Shown here piece after piece: positions 41,235 through 56,905 of a stretch of 64,000 bases of DNA (position 1 is the first letter of the stretch; the number at the start of each line of letters is the position of its first letter). The stretch comes from Octopus vulgaris (taxonomy: Eukaryota), in assembly GCA_951406725.2 (NCBI GenBank), contig OX597838.1, positions 45,074,001 through 45,138,000 of the forward strand. Reading direction: 5' to 3'. The position numbers were made by a program, and so were the translations under genes. The notes beneath the pieces were generated by a model, which was not told the origin of the DNA, searched no databases, and saw only the letters and a program-made list of their open reading frames with translations.

Positions 41235-42444
41235 TATACATTCTTAGGTTTTTTACACTACACCGAAACAAGTCGTACATTCTGAAAATATATTAAAGAG
41301 AGACCCGTTTTTTTTTTTAGTTTTTTGTTTATTTTTTGTTTAGTTTTTGTTTTATCACCATTTTTCCTCCCGAATAGAATGTAAATAAATTAAGGAAACG
41401 AAAACCAGTAATGTCTTTTATTAAATAATATCTCAAGTCACATTAATTTTGTTATGGTACTAATAATAAAATTCTGTAATTAAATTACAATAATTATATT
41501 TGTTTCCTAATTATTAGGACACATACAGGTTACAGTAGTTTTACTTCATGGTATGAAATTTTATGAGCGCCAAAGGCCCGTCCATAATTCGGCTTTTGTC
41601 ATGTAGGTCAGTTATGGTAAATCAATCTCCCACCTCCTTCATGAACAATGAGACTGTACTACTATTTCGTTTACCCGGACGAAACATTTACGTTTTCCTG
41701 AAGTCATGTAAGCATTCAGACAAGTTTGAAAGTCACAGTGTCTTCATTTCCTCCTCTTTGAACATTTTAGTGCGGTGGTTATAGGAGTACATAGTCCTCA
41801 ATACTCCACTGGTACATATTTTTATCGACCCCTGAGTTGACCGCCACAGAATTTGAACTTAGAATGTTAAGACGGACGAAATATCCCTGATCATTTTGTT
41901 GGGGTGTTAACGATTCTGTCAGCCAGTCTGTCTTCTCCTCATGGATTATAATAGTTAACGGGAAATATTTCTGTATGAACGAGTTGATAGCGTTACCCCA
42001 ACAAACCAGTCGAAATATTCCTGACCGACAGAAATGCATTATTTTCAGGGATAATTTCTTTATTGGACCCGTCTCCTATTGCATTATAATTTTAATTAAT
42101 TTTATTAATTTAGATTTGTTATTTGTCTTTTTGTCTTGACCAGAATTACTCCCCAAGATAATACATTTTCACGATGTTGTGATTGTAATTTCAACTAAAG
42201 TGTCATCCATCTCCACATCAACTCTGTTTCCACCCATATTACTTTCTTTCTGTCTGTAGCTCAAAGCGAAATGGAATCGTAGGGCAGTGATTTTAACACA
42301 CGACGTGTATTCAACATTTTACACAGTGGAATGGCACATTCCCCTCTAGGTCTGTATACATCCACTTTCTGCCAAGTGAAAAATAGAAATAAAAAGCGAA
42401 TCGATTCAAGTACATCATTTATAAATTCAGACAGGATGGAACCA

Positions 42445-42750
42445 AAGTTATTTGTTCCTTCTTCCTTCTCGAGCCACGTCTGACCCATAAGGACCGGTTT
42501 CCCGGTTTCCTTGGCGTATAGGTTCCGGGTTTCCTTGGCGTCCGCCCGTCGCAGGTGAGCTGCTAGATACAGGAGGAAAGAGTGAAAGTTGTGGCGCAAG
42601 TGTCAGCAGAAGTTCGCCATTACCTTCTGCTGGGGCCGCGTGGAGCTTAATTGTTTCGCTCATAAACACACACATCGCCCGGTATGAGATTCGAAACCGC
42701 GATCCCTCGACTGCGAGTCCGCTGTGCTAACCAATAGGCTATGCGCCTCC
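42445..42750 (-). mobile_element. tRNA-derived SINE family D
   Basis: Head GGAGGCGCATAGCCTATTGGTTAGCACAGCGGACTCGCAGTCG..GGTTTCGAATCTC. Same head as 51095. Confidence 0.75.
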
Positions 42751-43628
42751 ACAAAGTTATTTGAAGCAAGAACACACGCAGCCATATAACATTACGGAAA
42801 TTTGGGTTATTATTTAGGCTAGGTTGAGCGCCAGTGTAATGACCCCTCATTGGAGGATATCAAAGGGTTTTGATATTGTTGCTGACACTACATTTGCTGC
42901 TCGCGTTGATAAACATGTCGACTATAATTGAGCATTTCCATGACCAGAGCATGCAAAGTGTGACTACTCCTCCATATTTTTAAAGAAATTTTAGGGCTAC
43001 ACTATTTGATATTACCCTCCTTATTTTGTAATGCGCTACGATATGTGATTTAAAGGAGCTGTGGCTGCTGTTACAAGCTGTTGGAGCAAACATATATTGC
43101 TTGCCCGTTTCATTGGCCCATTTCTAACAATAGGAGTGAACATATCGAGTTCCCTGTCTTCTGGACTAGCTTTTAATGGTGGGAACACATTTTGTTCAAT
43201 TTTGAAGGACAGAAATGCCTTATGTGTAAGGTTTGAGGTCAACCAGGAGAAATAACGATATATACACGCATATATTTGTGCGTAAGTGTGTGTGTGTGTG
43301 TGTTTGTGTATGATTGTGTGATGTGTGTGTGTGTATGTGTGTGTAGCAGAGAAAGGAAGGAGAGGAATAACTAAAGAAATCTATTAAGTTTAGCACAAAT
43401 AAATTTAACCACTCAGAAGTTTGACTTTGTGTATAATTATGCATAATATAGATGCTGTTTAATTAACGAAGAGCCGTCAAAAGCGCAAATTTCGCGAAAT
43501 ATTTATGTGCTAACTTAATTTATGACGGTTTTATAAAACAGCCGGCCTAAGGGAATGAAGCTAAATAAGAATTCTCTGAGGAGCCTTAACAAACGAATTA
43601 GAATAAGGTGAAGAAAAAGGTCACACGC

Positions 43629-45543
<1,915 letters not shown>

Positions 45544-45689
45544 CAATTGCAGCGTGGAAGATGTTTGTAAGCCATTTAAGAAACACACAAAAGCCGTTCG
45601 ATTCACTTCAACATTTAAGTTTAATTTGTCAAAATATTTTCGTCGGTTTAAGACCGCGACCTGTTCACTGACAAAAATCCGTGCTGGAT

Positions 45690-45740
45690 TTTGTCAGTGA
45701 ACAGGTCGCGGTCTTAAACCGACGAAAATATTTTGACAAA
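45690..45740 (+). ncRNA. HHR-like motif with G3-C8 core (mirror at 45625-45675 -) in foldback 45545-45795
   Basis: TTTGTCA-GTGAACA-G-GTCG..CGAC-GAAA-ATAT-TT-TGACAAA. Confidence 0.7.
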
Positions 45741-45790
45741 TTAAACTTAAATGTTGAAGTGAATCGAACGGCTTTTGTGTGTTTCTTAAA

Positions 45791-45857
<67 letters not shown>

Positions 45858-46057
45858 GGTGAATGAATTATCCTATGTTTATCGTCAGCATGGAAAATTC
45901 GTTTAACCGAAACCTGGGTAGCAAATTCACGTCAGAAAACACGGTTGAAGCGACCTGTCAAGGGTAGAAACTCCGGGTTCATGTGTAGAAATTTATGTGT
46001 TGTATATGAATAAATGAAAGAATGGAGTCGAACGAAGATGTTAACTAAATTCCTTTA

Positions 46058-46139
46058 CTCTCGACACATGTTTCGAAGACAGCATATTTTCATTCTGAAG
46101 GAATAACGGGTGCATTATGCAATCTTCTCATCAGGAAAG
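46058..46139 (-). ncRNA. Type I HHR with long stem II
   Basis: CTTTC-CTGATGA-GAAGA..TCTTC-GAAA-CATGTG-TC-GAGAG. Confidence 0.78.
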
Positions 46140-46511
46140 AAAAGGAGCCTCTCTCAACAACAAGACAAACAAAAATTTCGATGATTGCCTACATGGTAAC
46201 CAAAGCGATAACCATTATCGCTTTGGTTACCATGTAGGCAATCATCGAAATTTTATATAACACAATGAGAAACGAAAACATAGACACAAACCCAAGGAAC
46301 TGGACATTTTTCTTATTGTTGTTTAAGAAAAATGTCCAGTTCCTTGGGTTTGTGTCTATGTTTTCGTTTCTCATTGTGTTCGACGTTTTTTTGGTGTCCT
46401 GTACTCATATATGCGTGTATATATACATGTAGAGGTAGGTACGTACATATATGTATATATATATATGCATATGTTTTATTTATTAATATTATATATATAT
46501 ATATATATTAT

Positions 46512-47480
46512 TATAATATAGGGTGAAATTAATTAATTTGGAATAATCACTAATTTCACCAAGTAGATTTCGGCATGTAAAAGCCCCATTCGAGGAAAGT
46601 TTAAGCAATACTAAGTAATTAAGGGTTTAGCAACGATTTGCCTCACCACACACCGAGTTTAGAAATAGCAGTCAAAGAGTTATAGCTATTCTTTCTACTA
46701 AAAGGGAGATCTCAGTAAAACCACAGCACTTAAAAGGCAAACGCAGGTAAGAGAGAAAGAAATGACGACAATCATACAATATTAAGTCACCTACGGATGA
46801 GATCTCCCTTTTAGTAGAAAGAATAGCTATAACTCTTTGACTGCTATTTCTAAACTCGGTGTGTGGTGAGGCAAATCGTTGCTAAACCCTTAATTACTAA
46901 GTATTACTTAAACTTTCCTCGAATGGGGCTTTTACATGCCGAAATCTACTTGGTGAAATTAATGATTATTCCAAATTAATTAATTTCACCCTATATTATT
47001 ACTGATAACCATATTTCATCCCAGTAAATGACCACAACATCTTGTCCTGGCAGCACGCTGGTGGGGGGGAGGGGTGACACAAACTTTCATTCACACTTTG
47101 AATTTGGTGATACTGGTAACGGCTTTAGCTCGCTCTGATACTATGAGTTGAGGTGATGTCTTCTAGTATCTCCAAATTTAATATGCAATTATTCATAATT
47201 GTAGAGTCCTACGCTGATGAGAAAAATAGTTGGGTAAGACATAATTATCTAATTCTTATGCTTTCCTAAAACTTAATTTCGAAACGTACGTCCGTAGGTG
47301 ACTTAATATTGTATGATTGTCGTCATTTCTTTCTCTCTTACCTGCGTTTGCCTTTTAAGTGCTGTGGTTTTACTGAGATCTCCCTTTTAGTAGAAAGAAT
47401 AGCTATAACTCTTTGACTGCTATTTCTAAACTCGGTGTGTGGTGAGGCAAATCGTTGCTAAACCCTTAATTACTTAGTAT
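46512..47480. mobile_element. Retrozyme/pLTR-like element C: 576-bp unit (about 1.2 tandem copies, +) preceded by an inverted 286-bp arm
   Basis: TGAGATCTCCC at 46798 and 47374. 46512-46797 is the reverse complement of unit sequence. Confidence 0.85.
47208..47298 (+). ncRNA. Type I HHR with long stem II
   Basis: CCTACG-CTGATGA-GAAA..TTTC-GAAA-CGTACG-TC-CGTAGG. Predicted cleavage after 47292. Confidence 0.88.
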
Positions 47481-48024
47481 ATATAATTATGTGTGTGTAT
47501 ATATCAAATACAAAATGGGACAAGAACGCAAAACATCCAGACAGCTAGGTGATACAAAAGGGGACAACAAAACACCCAGATAGACGATACAAAGAAAACA
47601 AGGACGGATCATTCGAAGTTTTCCCGATTATACACGCAATTTCGGCTGATTATTCTTGAGATTGCTCCAATCTGGCCAGCCCCAAGGAAAAACTAAGCTA
47701 AGAGCATTAGATTACTTGGAAGAAAGCAGCGAATGTATACAAAAACAAGGACGGAAAAACGGACAAAGTTACACAAATATAGATACAATGTATATATATA
47801 TACATTCATATATAAGGAAAACAGGTGTGAGAAATCCAATCTTTCACTGGCTCCAATGTTAAATACTCAATTTTGTAGAAAGAACCTTACAAATCGAACG
47901 GGTATATATTAAATTTATAAAGATGAACAGAAAATGGAGATATACAAGAGTCAATTCAAAAATTGAAATTTATGAACATAAATACTATATCATATTATAC
48001 TCTTATAATAATATGGTATAATAA

Positions 48025-48104
48025 TTTGCATACAGTTGTTTCGATGCTTACCCATAATAAAATTATAAAAATACATTGTAGGTAAGAATCTCCTCAGTGT
48101 AATT
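48025..48104 (-). ncRNA. Probable slightly decayed HHR
   Basis: CTGAGGA-GATTCTTACC..GGTAAGCATC-GAAA-CAACTG-TA. Stem I imperfect. Confidence 0.55.
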
Positions 48105-48644
48105 CTTTATATATGAGGGTTTACAGATTCATGAAAAAACTGAATTTAAATATATTTATAGTTTCAAGCATGAGCGTCAATTAAAAACTAAAACATGATG
48201 GAGAATAAAAAATGTACTAAGATAACGGTCATAAAATATATGCGTATGCTATTAAGTACTTTAAACTAAATATATGTTGGCGCATTAGTTTAATTTTTAA
48301 TACCAGGAACAACATTTTAAAAAATATTTTAAGAAAATATTTTTAGAAAACCATGGAGTAATAAGAATTATTCTTTTCATTCTTTCATATTATTAAAAAA
48401 TACACGTTATTATAATAATACGCTATTTATCTATGGGTAAATAGCAAAATGATATCTTTCAAATACCATATCATCTCTAGTTAAACGACAAATGATTTTA
48501 TAGATTACACTGTATTAATTATTTATTATAATCACAACTAAAAATTTAAATAAACGCTGATTTAACCAGTTATTCCCCCCACCCCAAAAGAAATTAACCA
48601 TAAGGACTTCATAAATGTGCTTTTGATAGTTACTTATATCCATG

Positions 48645-48693
<49 letters not shown>

Positions 48694-48759
48694 GAGAAAG
48701 TGATTTGGACAGATAGATAGAATGCTGTATATGTATATGAGTGTGAGTATGTGTGTACG

Positions 48760-48823
<64 letters not shown>

Positions 48824-49914
48824 TATGTATACATATATATACGTGCGTCTGTTTATATGTATATACATTCATGAGTGTACGCAAACACATATAAATACCT
48901 GCATATATATGATGTCTCTCAATTAAAAAAAGAGCGTCTTCTTGAATCCCGATTCAGTTCTTTCCCCTTGGTTATACAGTCAAAATGGAATTCATTCAAA
49001 ACACCTCCACACTTATGAAACTTATGGAATGTTCAAGAACAGAAATATATCGAAGTTAGTAGGTAATATAATGAAGACGAATTAGTTTCTCTGGTTATTT
49101 TAAAGTGGGTCCTTCATTTATTTATTTTCTTTCGTTTTTATGTTTTCATTTTATTGTAAAGATTCCTAGATCCATATCGATATCATGGAAATTTCTACAG
49201 TTAGCATACATATACATATATATATATATATATATATAAAGATAAAACTTAGAAATGGATGCGTGCGTTCCGTCATATAATAACAAATTAATAAATATAA
49301 CATATGCATATATACATACATATATGTACGTACCTACATTTATATGTATATATACATGCATATATGGGTACAGGACACCAAAAAACGCCGAACACAATGA
49401 GAAACGAAAACATAAACACAAAACCAAGGAAACGGACATTTTTCTTAAACAACGAAAAAATAGAGTACAAGACATACATCACAAGGAAAATTCCCCTTCT
49501 TCAGCCGCCTCTTTTTCATCTACTGCGCGTTTCAAAGGTAAAGTCGAGACACGACTTCGTTGAAACGGTCCTTCCCGCAAAAGCAGATTAAATAAAATTT
49601 GCGATTTTTTTGCAGAGGGGTAACAAAAACAGGACAGTAAAGACAGTACAAAATATAAACAGTAAAAGACAGGGCAAGGAGAATAACAGTAACACAAACA
49701 TTGAGAGCTGTTAAGCCAGAACGAAAGAAAAAATATTATGAGCGCTTTTGAGGACAGCAAGAGAGAGACAAGAAAGCCATCCACACTTGAAGGAAGCCAG
49801 GTCAGAAAGATAGTAGCAGACCTCTCCTCGCGGGTCAACGACGGGAGGGAGGAGGAGGAGCAAGAGAAAGGGAGAGAAAAAAAGGAATGGTTGTAGAGAA
49901 AACCAGAAAGAATG

Positions 49915-49951
<37 letters not shown>

Positions 49952-50503
49952 CAAGGTAGAAGAAAAGGAAACCAGAAAGAATGAAGGATTAGATAGATAT
50001 TAAAAATGCAAGAATAGCATTTCCATTCTGACTATTTTTCTCATCAGCACAGTATTTCTATATATTTTAAATTTGATAGCACTGAGAAAACCTGAACATA
50101 CCTATCTGATTCCAGTAACATCAGACAAATTATATCCATGACCTGTACCGCCGAATTCAAAACATGCGAATGAGGTCCCGCAACTCTCCCTAATTTCGAA
50201 ACGCGTACACAGTTAATCTAATGCCGGGTGAATTTCGTTGTTTTCTTTCTCTGCCTACGTGATATGTTTTTGAGCATATATTGTCTGGGAGTTGTTTCTT
50301 GCAGTAGAAGAAATAGCTAGTTATTTTTTTTTTGCTGCTATTTCTAAAGTTCGATGTGTGGTAAAGCAAATTCTTTTGCCTAACCCTAGGTTCGTGACGA
50401 ATGTCCTAAAATTTGAGCGACATGCGTGCTAATTTGTGGATTGCATAAACTACAATCACGTACACACACACACACACACACATCCTGCCTTATATATATA
50501 CAG

Positions 50504-50539
<36 letters not shown>

Positions 50540-50697
50540 TATATATGTGTGTGTGTGTAAATATACACACACATATCTCCTCTTGCAGTTTCCTGTCCTA
50601 GAAAGAGCTTTTTCTTCACCCATTCCCTTCCGGTCATTTCAAAATGTAACCACGTGTGTATCGTTGGCGATTTTCTTCCTCCGTCTTCCCTTCCTTC

Positions 50698-50733
50698 ATT
50701 TCTGAAGAACAGCTTTGCTCGAAACGTCGAATC
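50698..50733 (+). ncRNA. Minimal HHR motif of the 25447 family (stem II closing mismatch)
   Basis: ATTT-CTGAAGA-A-CAGC-TTT-GCTC-GAAA-CG-TC-GAAT. Confidence 0.55.
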
Positions 50734-50854
50734 CTCTTTCCTTCCTTTCCCGAGCGTCTAATAATACAGAACTTGTACCACGTCCTCGCGTTATTGCTTT
50801 TTCTTGTTTGTTCTTCCTTGTTTGGATTCATTATATATATTTGTGTGTGTATGT

Positions 50855-51390
50855 GGAGGCTCGTGGCTCACGGGTTAGGGTGTCAGCATCATGATCGTAA
50901 GTGGTTTCAATTCCTGGACCGGGCGACGCGTCGAGAAAAACTCTTCATTTCACGTTGCTCCACTCCACTCAGCTGGCAAAAATGAGTAACGCTGCGATGG
51001 ACTGGCGTCCTATCCAGCTGGGGAACACATATACCATTGAAACCGGAAAACCGGGCCCATGAACCTTGCTAGGCTTTAAAAGGGCGCATTTAGCTGGAGC
51101 GCAATGGCCCAGTGGTTAGCGCAGCGGACTCGCAGTCGGAGGATCGCGGTTTCGAATCTCAGACCGGGCGTTGTGTGTGTTTATTGAGCGAAAACACTTA
51201 AAGCTCCACGAGGCTCCGGCAGGGGATGGTGGCGACCCCTGTTGTTCTCTTTCACCCCAACTTTCTCTCACTCTCTCTTCATGTTTCTTGAGCAACACTG
51301 CGATGGAGTGGCGTCCTTTCCCGCTGGAGGGAAGACATACGCCACAGAAACCGGGCCCATGAGCCTGGCTAGGCTTGAAAAGGGCGCATA
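50855..51390 (+). mobile_element. Two tandem SINEs (family C head 50855-51090; family D head 51095-51390) sharing one 3' tail
   Basis: Both end CTGCGATGGA.TGGCGTCC...AAACCGGGCCCATGA.CCT.GCTAGGCTT.AAAAGGGCGCAT. Confidence 0.8.
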
Positions 51391-52293
51391 AGGGGATGTT
51401 TCTATACCCAGGATTCCTCTCGTTCCATCGGGTGCAGAAATTTTATTTAGAAGAGTGCAATTTCCTATTCGTATCAGCTTTGCAATGTCTATCAATAAAT
51501 CCCAGGGTCAGTCACTGTTTCTGGTAAGACTTCTCTTGGAAGAGTCGTGCTTCTCCCACGGGCAAGTCTATGTTGGCTGCTCTAGAGTGGGAAGCAAATA
51601 AAATCTATTTGCATTTTTTCCACAAGGGAAAACAAAGAATATTATTTACCAAGAGGTTTTGTTTGAATTACGACATCCTACGATGCGCTCCTCCAGTCTC
51701 CATTGCTCTTTGTGAATGGTGAAGATGGATACCATTCCGGCATAACCCTAAAGCTCGACCAACAAAGCAGTTTCTTGAATGGACTTCAACATCAAAGCTT
51801 ATTCTCCGATTACTCCCACCGACCACGCGGTAAGCCATGACATCTTTGTTCAAGTAACTCATTACTCCATATTCTCACGTGACTGCAGAGGCTCAGTTTA
51901 TTTTCCTTATTCTGCAGCCACACCAGCAATCCAATGTCAACCCTTCGTCTTCTGCAACATTGCAAAAGTTCCCTTTCCCGTTGCCGTATCCCATTGCAGC
52001 TCCTTTCCTAAATGTACTCATTTACGCACAGTATCTCCATTACATCTACATCCATTCAACTGTCAACCATACCACGGGTTCATCAATTGACAGCTTTTCA
52101 GAGCGTTCAAAAATCACATATCCTTTACCCCCAATTTTTATTGACAAGTTAGTTCCTGGAATCCTCCAAACGGACGCATGACATGTTGCTTGGTCGAATT
52201 AGCCCATCATTTACTCCACAAATGTTTTGTCCTCAATGCTGCACTTTCCTGTATCATATGTGCCAACATAACTGTAATATATATATTATTTAT

Positions 52294-52359
<66 letters not shown>

Positions 52360-52546
52360 ACACACGCACACACTCTTTGACGTTTGCTTTCCTGATTACT
52401 CATATGGGCAAAAGTTTCTGAAAAGGTAACGATAATAGTGTTAGGTATGAGTATGACATCAGTATATGCTAGGTTTCAAAACAATTGACTTAGTGCCTCC
52501 TGAGAAAAAGCAACTTAACCTTCATTGTAAAGTTTGCTTCCTCACC

Positions 52547-52592
<46 letters not shown>

Positions 52593-53188
52593 AACACTGT
52601 ATGAAGAATATTTGAACATTTGATGAATATTCTTGTGATGTAAACAAAATAGAATTCTCGCGCAGATGAGAACAAAACTTCTAAAGCAGATAGAAAAAAT
52701 CGAGGTATTTATTTGTTCGAACTGTAGAACGTCTGTCACGGTTACAGATGTGGGTTCAAATTTCATGTACATACTTCGGGTTTTATTCTGTCCAAAGACA
52801 TTTTTACCTCCAATATTTATGTCCTTTTATTTACAGCTTCACCCGGTTCGATTTTAATCACTCCAAAAATAGTTATATGCGCATATCCTTATGTATATAT
52901 GTATACACACGCGCGCACACAGACACACACATATATATATGCATACATATGCGTGTATGTGTGCGTGTGTGTTATGATTGATTGACCGATAGATATTGGT
53001 TCTCAGATGGGGGATGGTGAACAATTGTGGTGTCCTTCTGATATGAAGAAGCCAAGGTAGAAATGACGCTGCAGGCAGCATCGAATTCTTTCAAAATTGT
53101 TTGAGTAACACTTTTAACATATTAGAAACAGAGAAACAGATGGAGACTCAGACTCACACACACGCACACACGCATATTTATGCATATG

Positions 53189-53231
<43 letters not shown>

Positions 53232-53248
53232 ATATCTATCTATCTATA

Positions 53249-53347
<99 letters not shown>

Positions 53348-53885
53348 CTTAGAACTATACAGAGATATGAAATTTAAACCAATCTATTCTCTCTAACATA
53401 TTGAAACAATTTCTCTGTGTGCTGGAGAACAACCCATTGTTATACCTAATTGTTGCCTGCTTTCTGTCACAGAAAATTATAGGCTTTTTTCCTGTTATCC
53501 CTAAATAAATGTTCATAAAGCACACATACACAAAGACGCACACACAAATTCATATGTGTGTATGTGTGTAGATACATGCATATATATACATATATAACTA
53601 TGTATATTTATATACATGCATATATAACATAATTTCCTATATATCTATTAAGCAGGCCAATTAATGCTCATCGGTCGAATGTCCAAGGAAGTTGTGTGAT
53701 TCCATGCACCTCCGACGTTATTGGCCTTTAATACATAATGGACTTTCCACAACATAAACCATGGTTCATCAGAAATAACAATGAAGATGATGCTATTGAG
53801 TAACATCTTTCTGTTTTTTCTGTTTATAATCTATTTTGCATTTGGTCGAAATATATTCATTAAACCTATTTGAGATAATGTGCAT

Positions 53886-53917
<32 letters not shown>

Positions 53918-53986
53918 GCACACACACACACACGCACACACACACGCACAAACACACGCACACACACATATGTATGCATGTAAATA

Positions 53987-54078
<92 letters not shown>

Positions 54079-54390
54079 TATATATGTATTTATATTTTTA
54101 TACGAAGAGTTTCTTTCAGTTTCCGCCTACGAAATCCACTCGAGGTTTTGGTCGGCCCGAGGCTATAGCAAAATTCACTTGCCCAATTTATTTTGACAGA
54201 TACACATTCGAAATTGGTTTCATTTCATTGGTCCTTTCGACTAACGGTTTTTTCTAATCAATGGTGATAGGTTTATTGTGATAAATTTTGTTGTGATTTT
54301 GCAGCTTTAATAATAATACAGCATATTACTCTACCTCTGGTATTCGAGTACTATTTTTCCCACCTTGTTTCACATTTATGTGCTTACTCT

Positions 54391-54456
<66 letters not shown>

Positions 54457-54715
54457 ACTCTGTCGGAACATCTTGCTCAGGAAATCAACGTTCAAATGGA
54501 TCAGTACTCTACAGACATGTGTACTCTTAAAGTAGATCTAAGGGAGATTCAGCGTGACACAGAGTGTGATGAGGCCAGCTCTTTCAAGCATATGTACTAA
54601 TCATTTTTGCCAACTGAGTGAACTGCAACGTGAAATAAAATGTCTTGCTCAAGGACACAACGTGCCGCAGAAATCGAAATACATACATACGCACACACAT
54701 ACACACGCACACGCA

Positions 54716-54808
<93 letters not shown>

Positions 54809-55189
54809 GAAAAAAGGGATTGAAAACCCAGGAAAATACTTTTTAACCCCTTTGCATGTGTTAACCCTAACTAACCAAATTGACCAGAGAAAGTTGTTGC
54901 AATGCAGGTAGACCGTTAAATTGACTTTCACCACCTGGGCAGTTTGTAAATTCGAAGTTCATACAGTGAATAATTCAATATAAAGTTAGAGAGTGTAGAA
55001 GAGAATGTCAAACGAATGGTGGATACTCTTCAAGAGCTTTGCGTGCATTTGGAATACGACCTTCTTTTGGTGCCATGGACATACTTTAGGACATAGGCAA
55101 TCACCCTCTGCCACCATTCTCTGTTCTTTCTGTTCTGTAAAGTTTCCACTGCCACTGTTTAATACCTCTTTCTTCCAGCTTGCCCCTTA

Positions 55190-55950
55190 TGCTTGACATT
55201 TATAGCACCCTTCTCCTTTCCTTGCTTCTTTTTTCTTTAATCTCTCCGGTTATCGCTAATTTACCCTCCTTCTCCATGAAATGACTAAGAAATCTCAGTT
55301 GCATGGCGCTTATCACATGAAGCAGTTTTCTACTTACCTCAGCCCGAGCCATCTCTTTATCATTACACATGTTGTCTGTCCATGCTCTCCTCAATATTCT
55401 CCGTACGAACAAGATTTCACAGCACTCCAAACATACTCATTTCGATGTTACAGAATATACTTCACCTCCATATATAAACAAAGGGTTGATGTAACAGGTA
55501 GATATACGAATTTTGGTTCTGAAGTTCAGAGTACGGTTTCTCAAGATGATATACAATTTTGAGAATGCAAATTTTGTCAGTGTTATTTGTGTTTTGATCT
55601 TCGCACATCATGCATTCTCTGTGGTCAAATTTCCCAGGTAAGTTGAAGGATGATACCTGCTTAATAATTAGATTGTTCACTTTCAACATACTCTTTGGAC
55701 CTCCCTTCTTTGTCAACACCATACACTCTGTCTTGCAATTTAAGAACACACCCTTCCTCTGACTACTATATCCAGAACTCTCTGAAGTTTCTTTACCGAT
55801 TCTGCAAGTTAAACTCTGTCATCTGTATACCTTATATTTGTGATGTTTCTCTTTCCTAGCTTATGGCATTTTTCTTTCTCTAATTCTCTTATGATCAATT
55901 TGCTATGGTAATTTAAGAGATCTGGTGACATAACACATCCTTGTATTTCA
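55190..55950 (-). pseudogene. Degenerate RTE-clade LINE RT fragment
   Basis: QGCVMSPDLLN, NITNIRYTDD, LNCKTECMV, RRILRRAWTD, QLRFLSH, ITGEIKEKRSKERRR. Confidence 0.75.
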
Positions 55951-56868
55951 TAATTCTACGATTTAATAGTGATGTGTATTAATGGATCCATAGCTGATCG
56001 ACTTTGATTCGACACAGATCGAGAAATAAAACTACACTACGCTGCTTGAAACGGAGATCAGAGAATATTTTAAGGGATATATATACCCCTTCAAATATAT
56101 CCCTTATTGATGCATGGGTGGATGCTTAGAGAGATTTAAAATGAATGAATTAAAATCTAGAATGCAACAAAACGACTGCATTATCTCCATAAAGGCCCAA
56201 GATTATAGTAGAAGACACTTTCCCAAGGTATTGCAAAGAGAGATTGAACCCGATGATACGTAACTGCAAAGCGAACTTCTTAAGCGCCATTTTTTTCTTA
56301 CTCGCAACAAACATTTGAACTTCACTCTGTCAAAGATTTCTTGGCCTCAGTGTTGCGTCCGACAACATATTGCCTTCATTTTTCGAATGCCTACTTTTGC
56401 TTTCAATAGCCACTTGTATTGAGAATATATTAAAGCTACGGCAAGCGCCGAGGATTATAATTGCTTTATAGTTTAGACATTATATAAGTTTATGTTTTGG
56501 GTAAATTGATACAAACGATTATTAATATGAAATACAAACACACACACAAGCACCAACACATATTTACACGGACATACACACGCACAATATACAGGCACAT
56601 ATAGAAACACACACAAACACACACACACATAATGAGATTTGAGAAAGTATTGTTTCTTTTTTTGTTTTTGTATTTTTTCTAGATTTCCAAAACAGAAATA
56701 AATAATTGTTTAGATACAAAACTGAAATTTAGAATGACACTTCTTAAGGGCAGATACTTTCTGTTTTTCTCTCACCCACTTTCCCTATCTCCCATTCTCT
56801 CCCTCTCACTCTACTCTATACACGCAAACATATATGTCAGTGTACTTATGCATATGAATATATATATG

Positions 56869-56905
<37 letters not shown>

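Noticed and set aside
49470-49600. CTGAAGA-AGGGG..CCTT and GAAACGCG motifs
   Set aside because: The GAAA partner or the core is missing, so no complete hammerhead fold.
51095-51170. tRNA gene
   Set aside because: The tRNA-like head continues into a SINE body and has no proper acceptor stem or terminator.
51400-52270. Possible Merlin/IS1595 or DIRS remnant (KIGGKG..IDE; IDLFAS)
   Set aside because: Motif fragments are short and mutually inconsistent; a tBLASTn/HMM search is needed.
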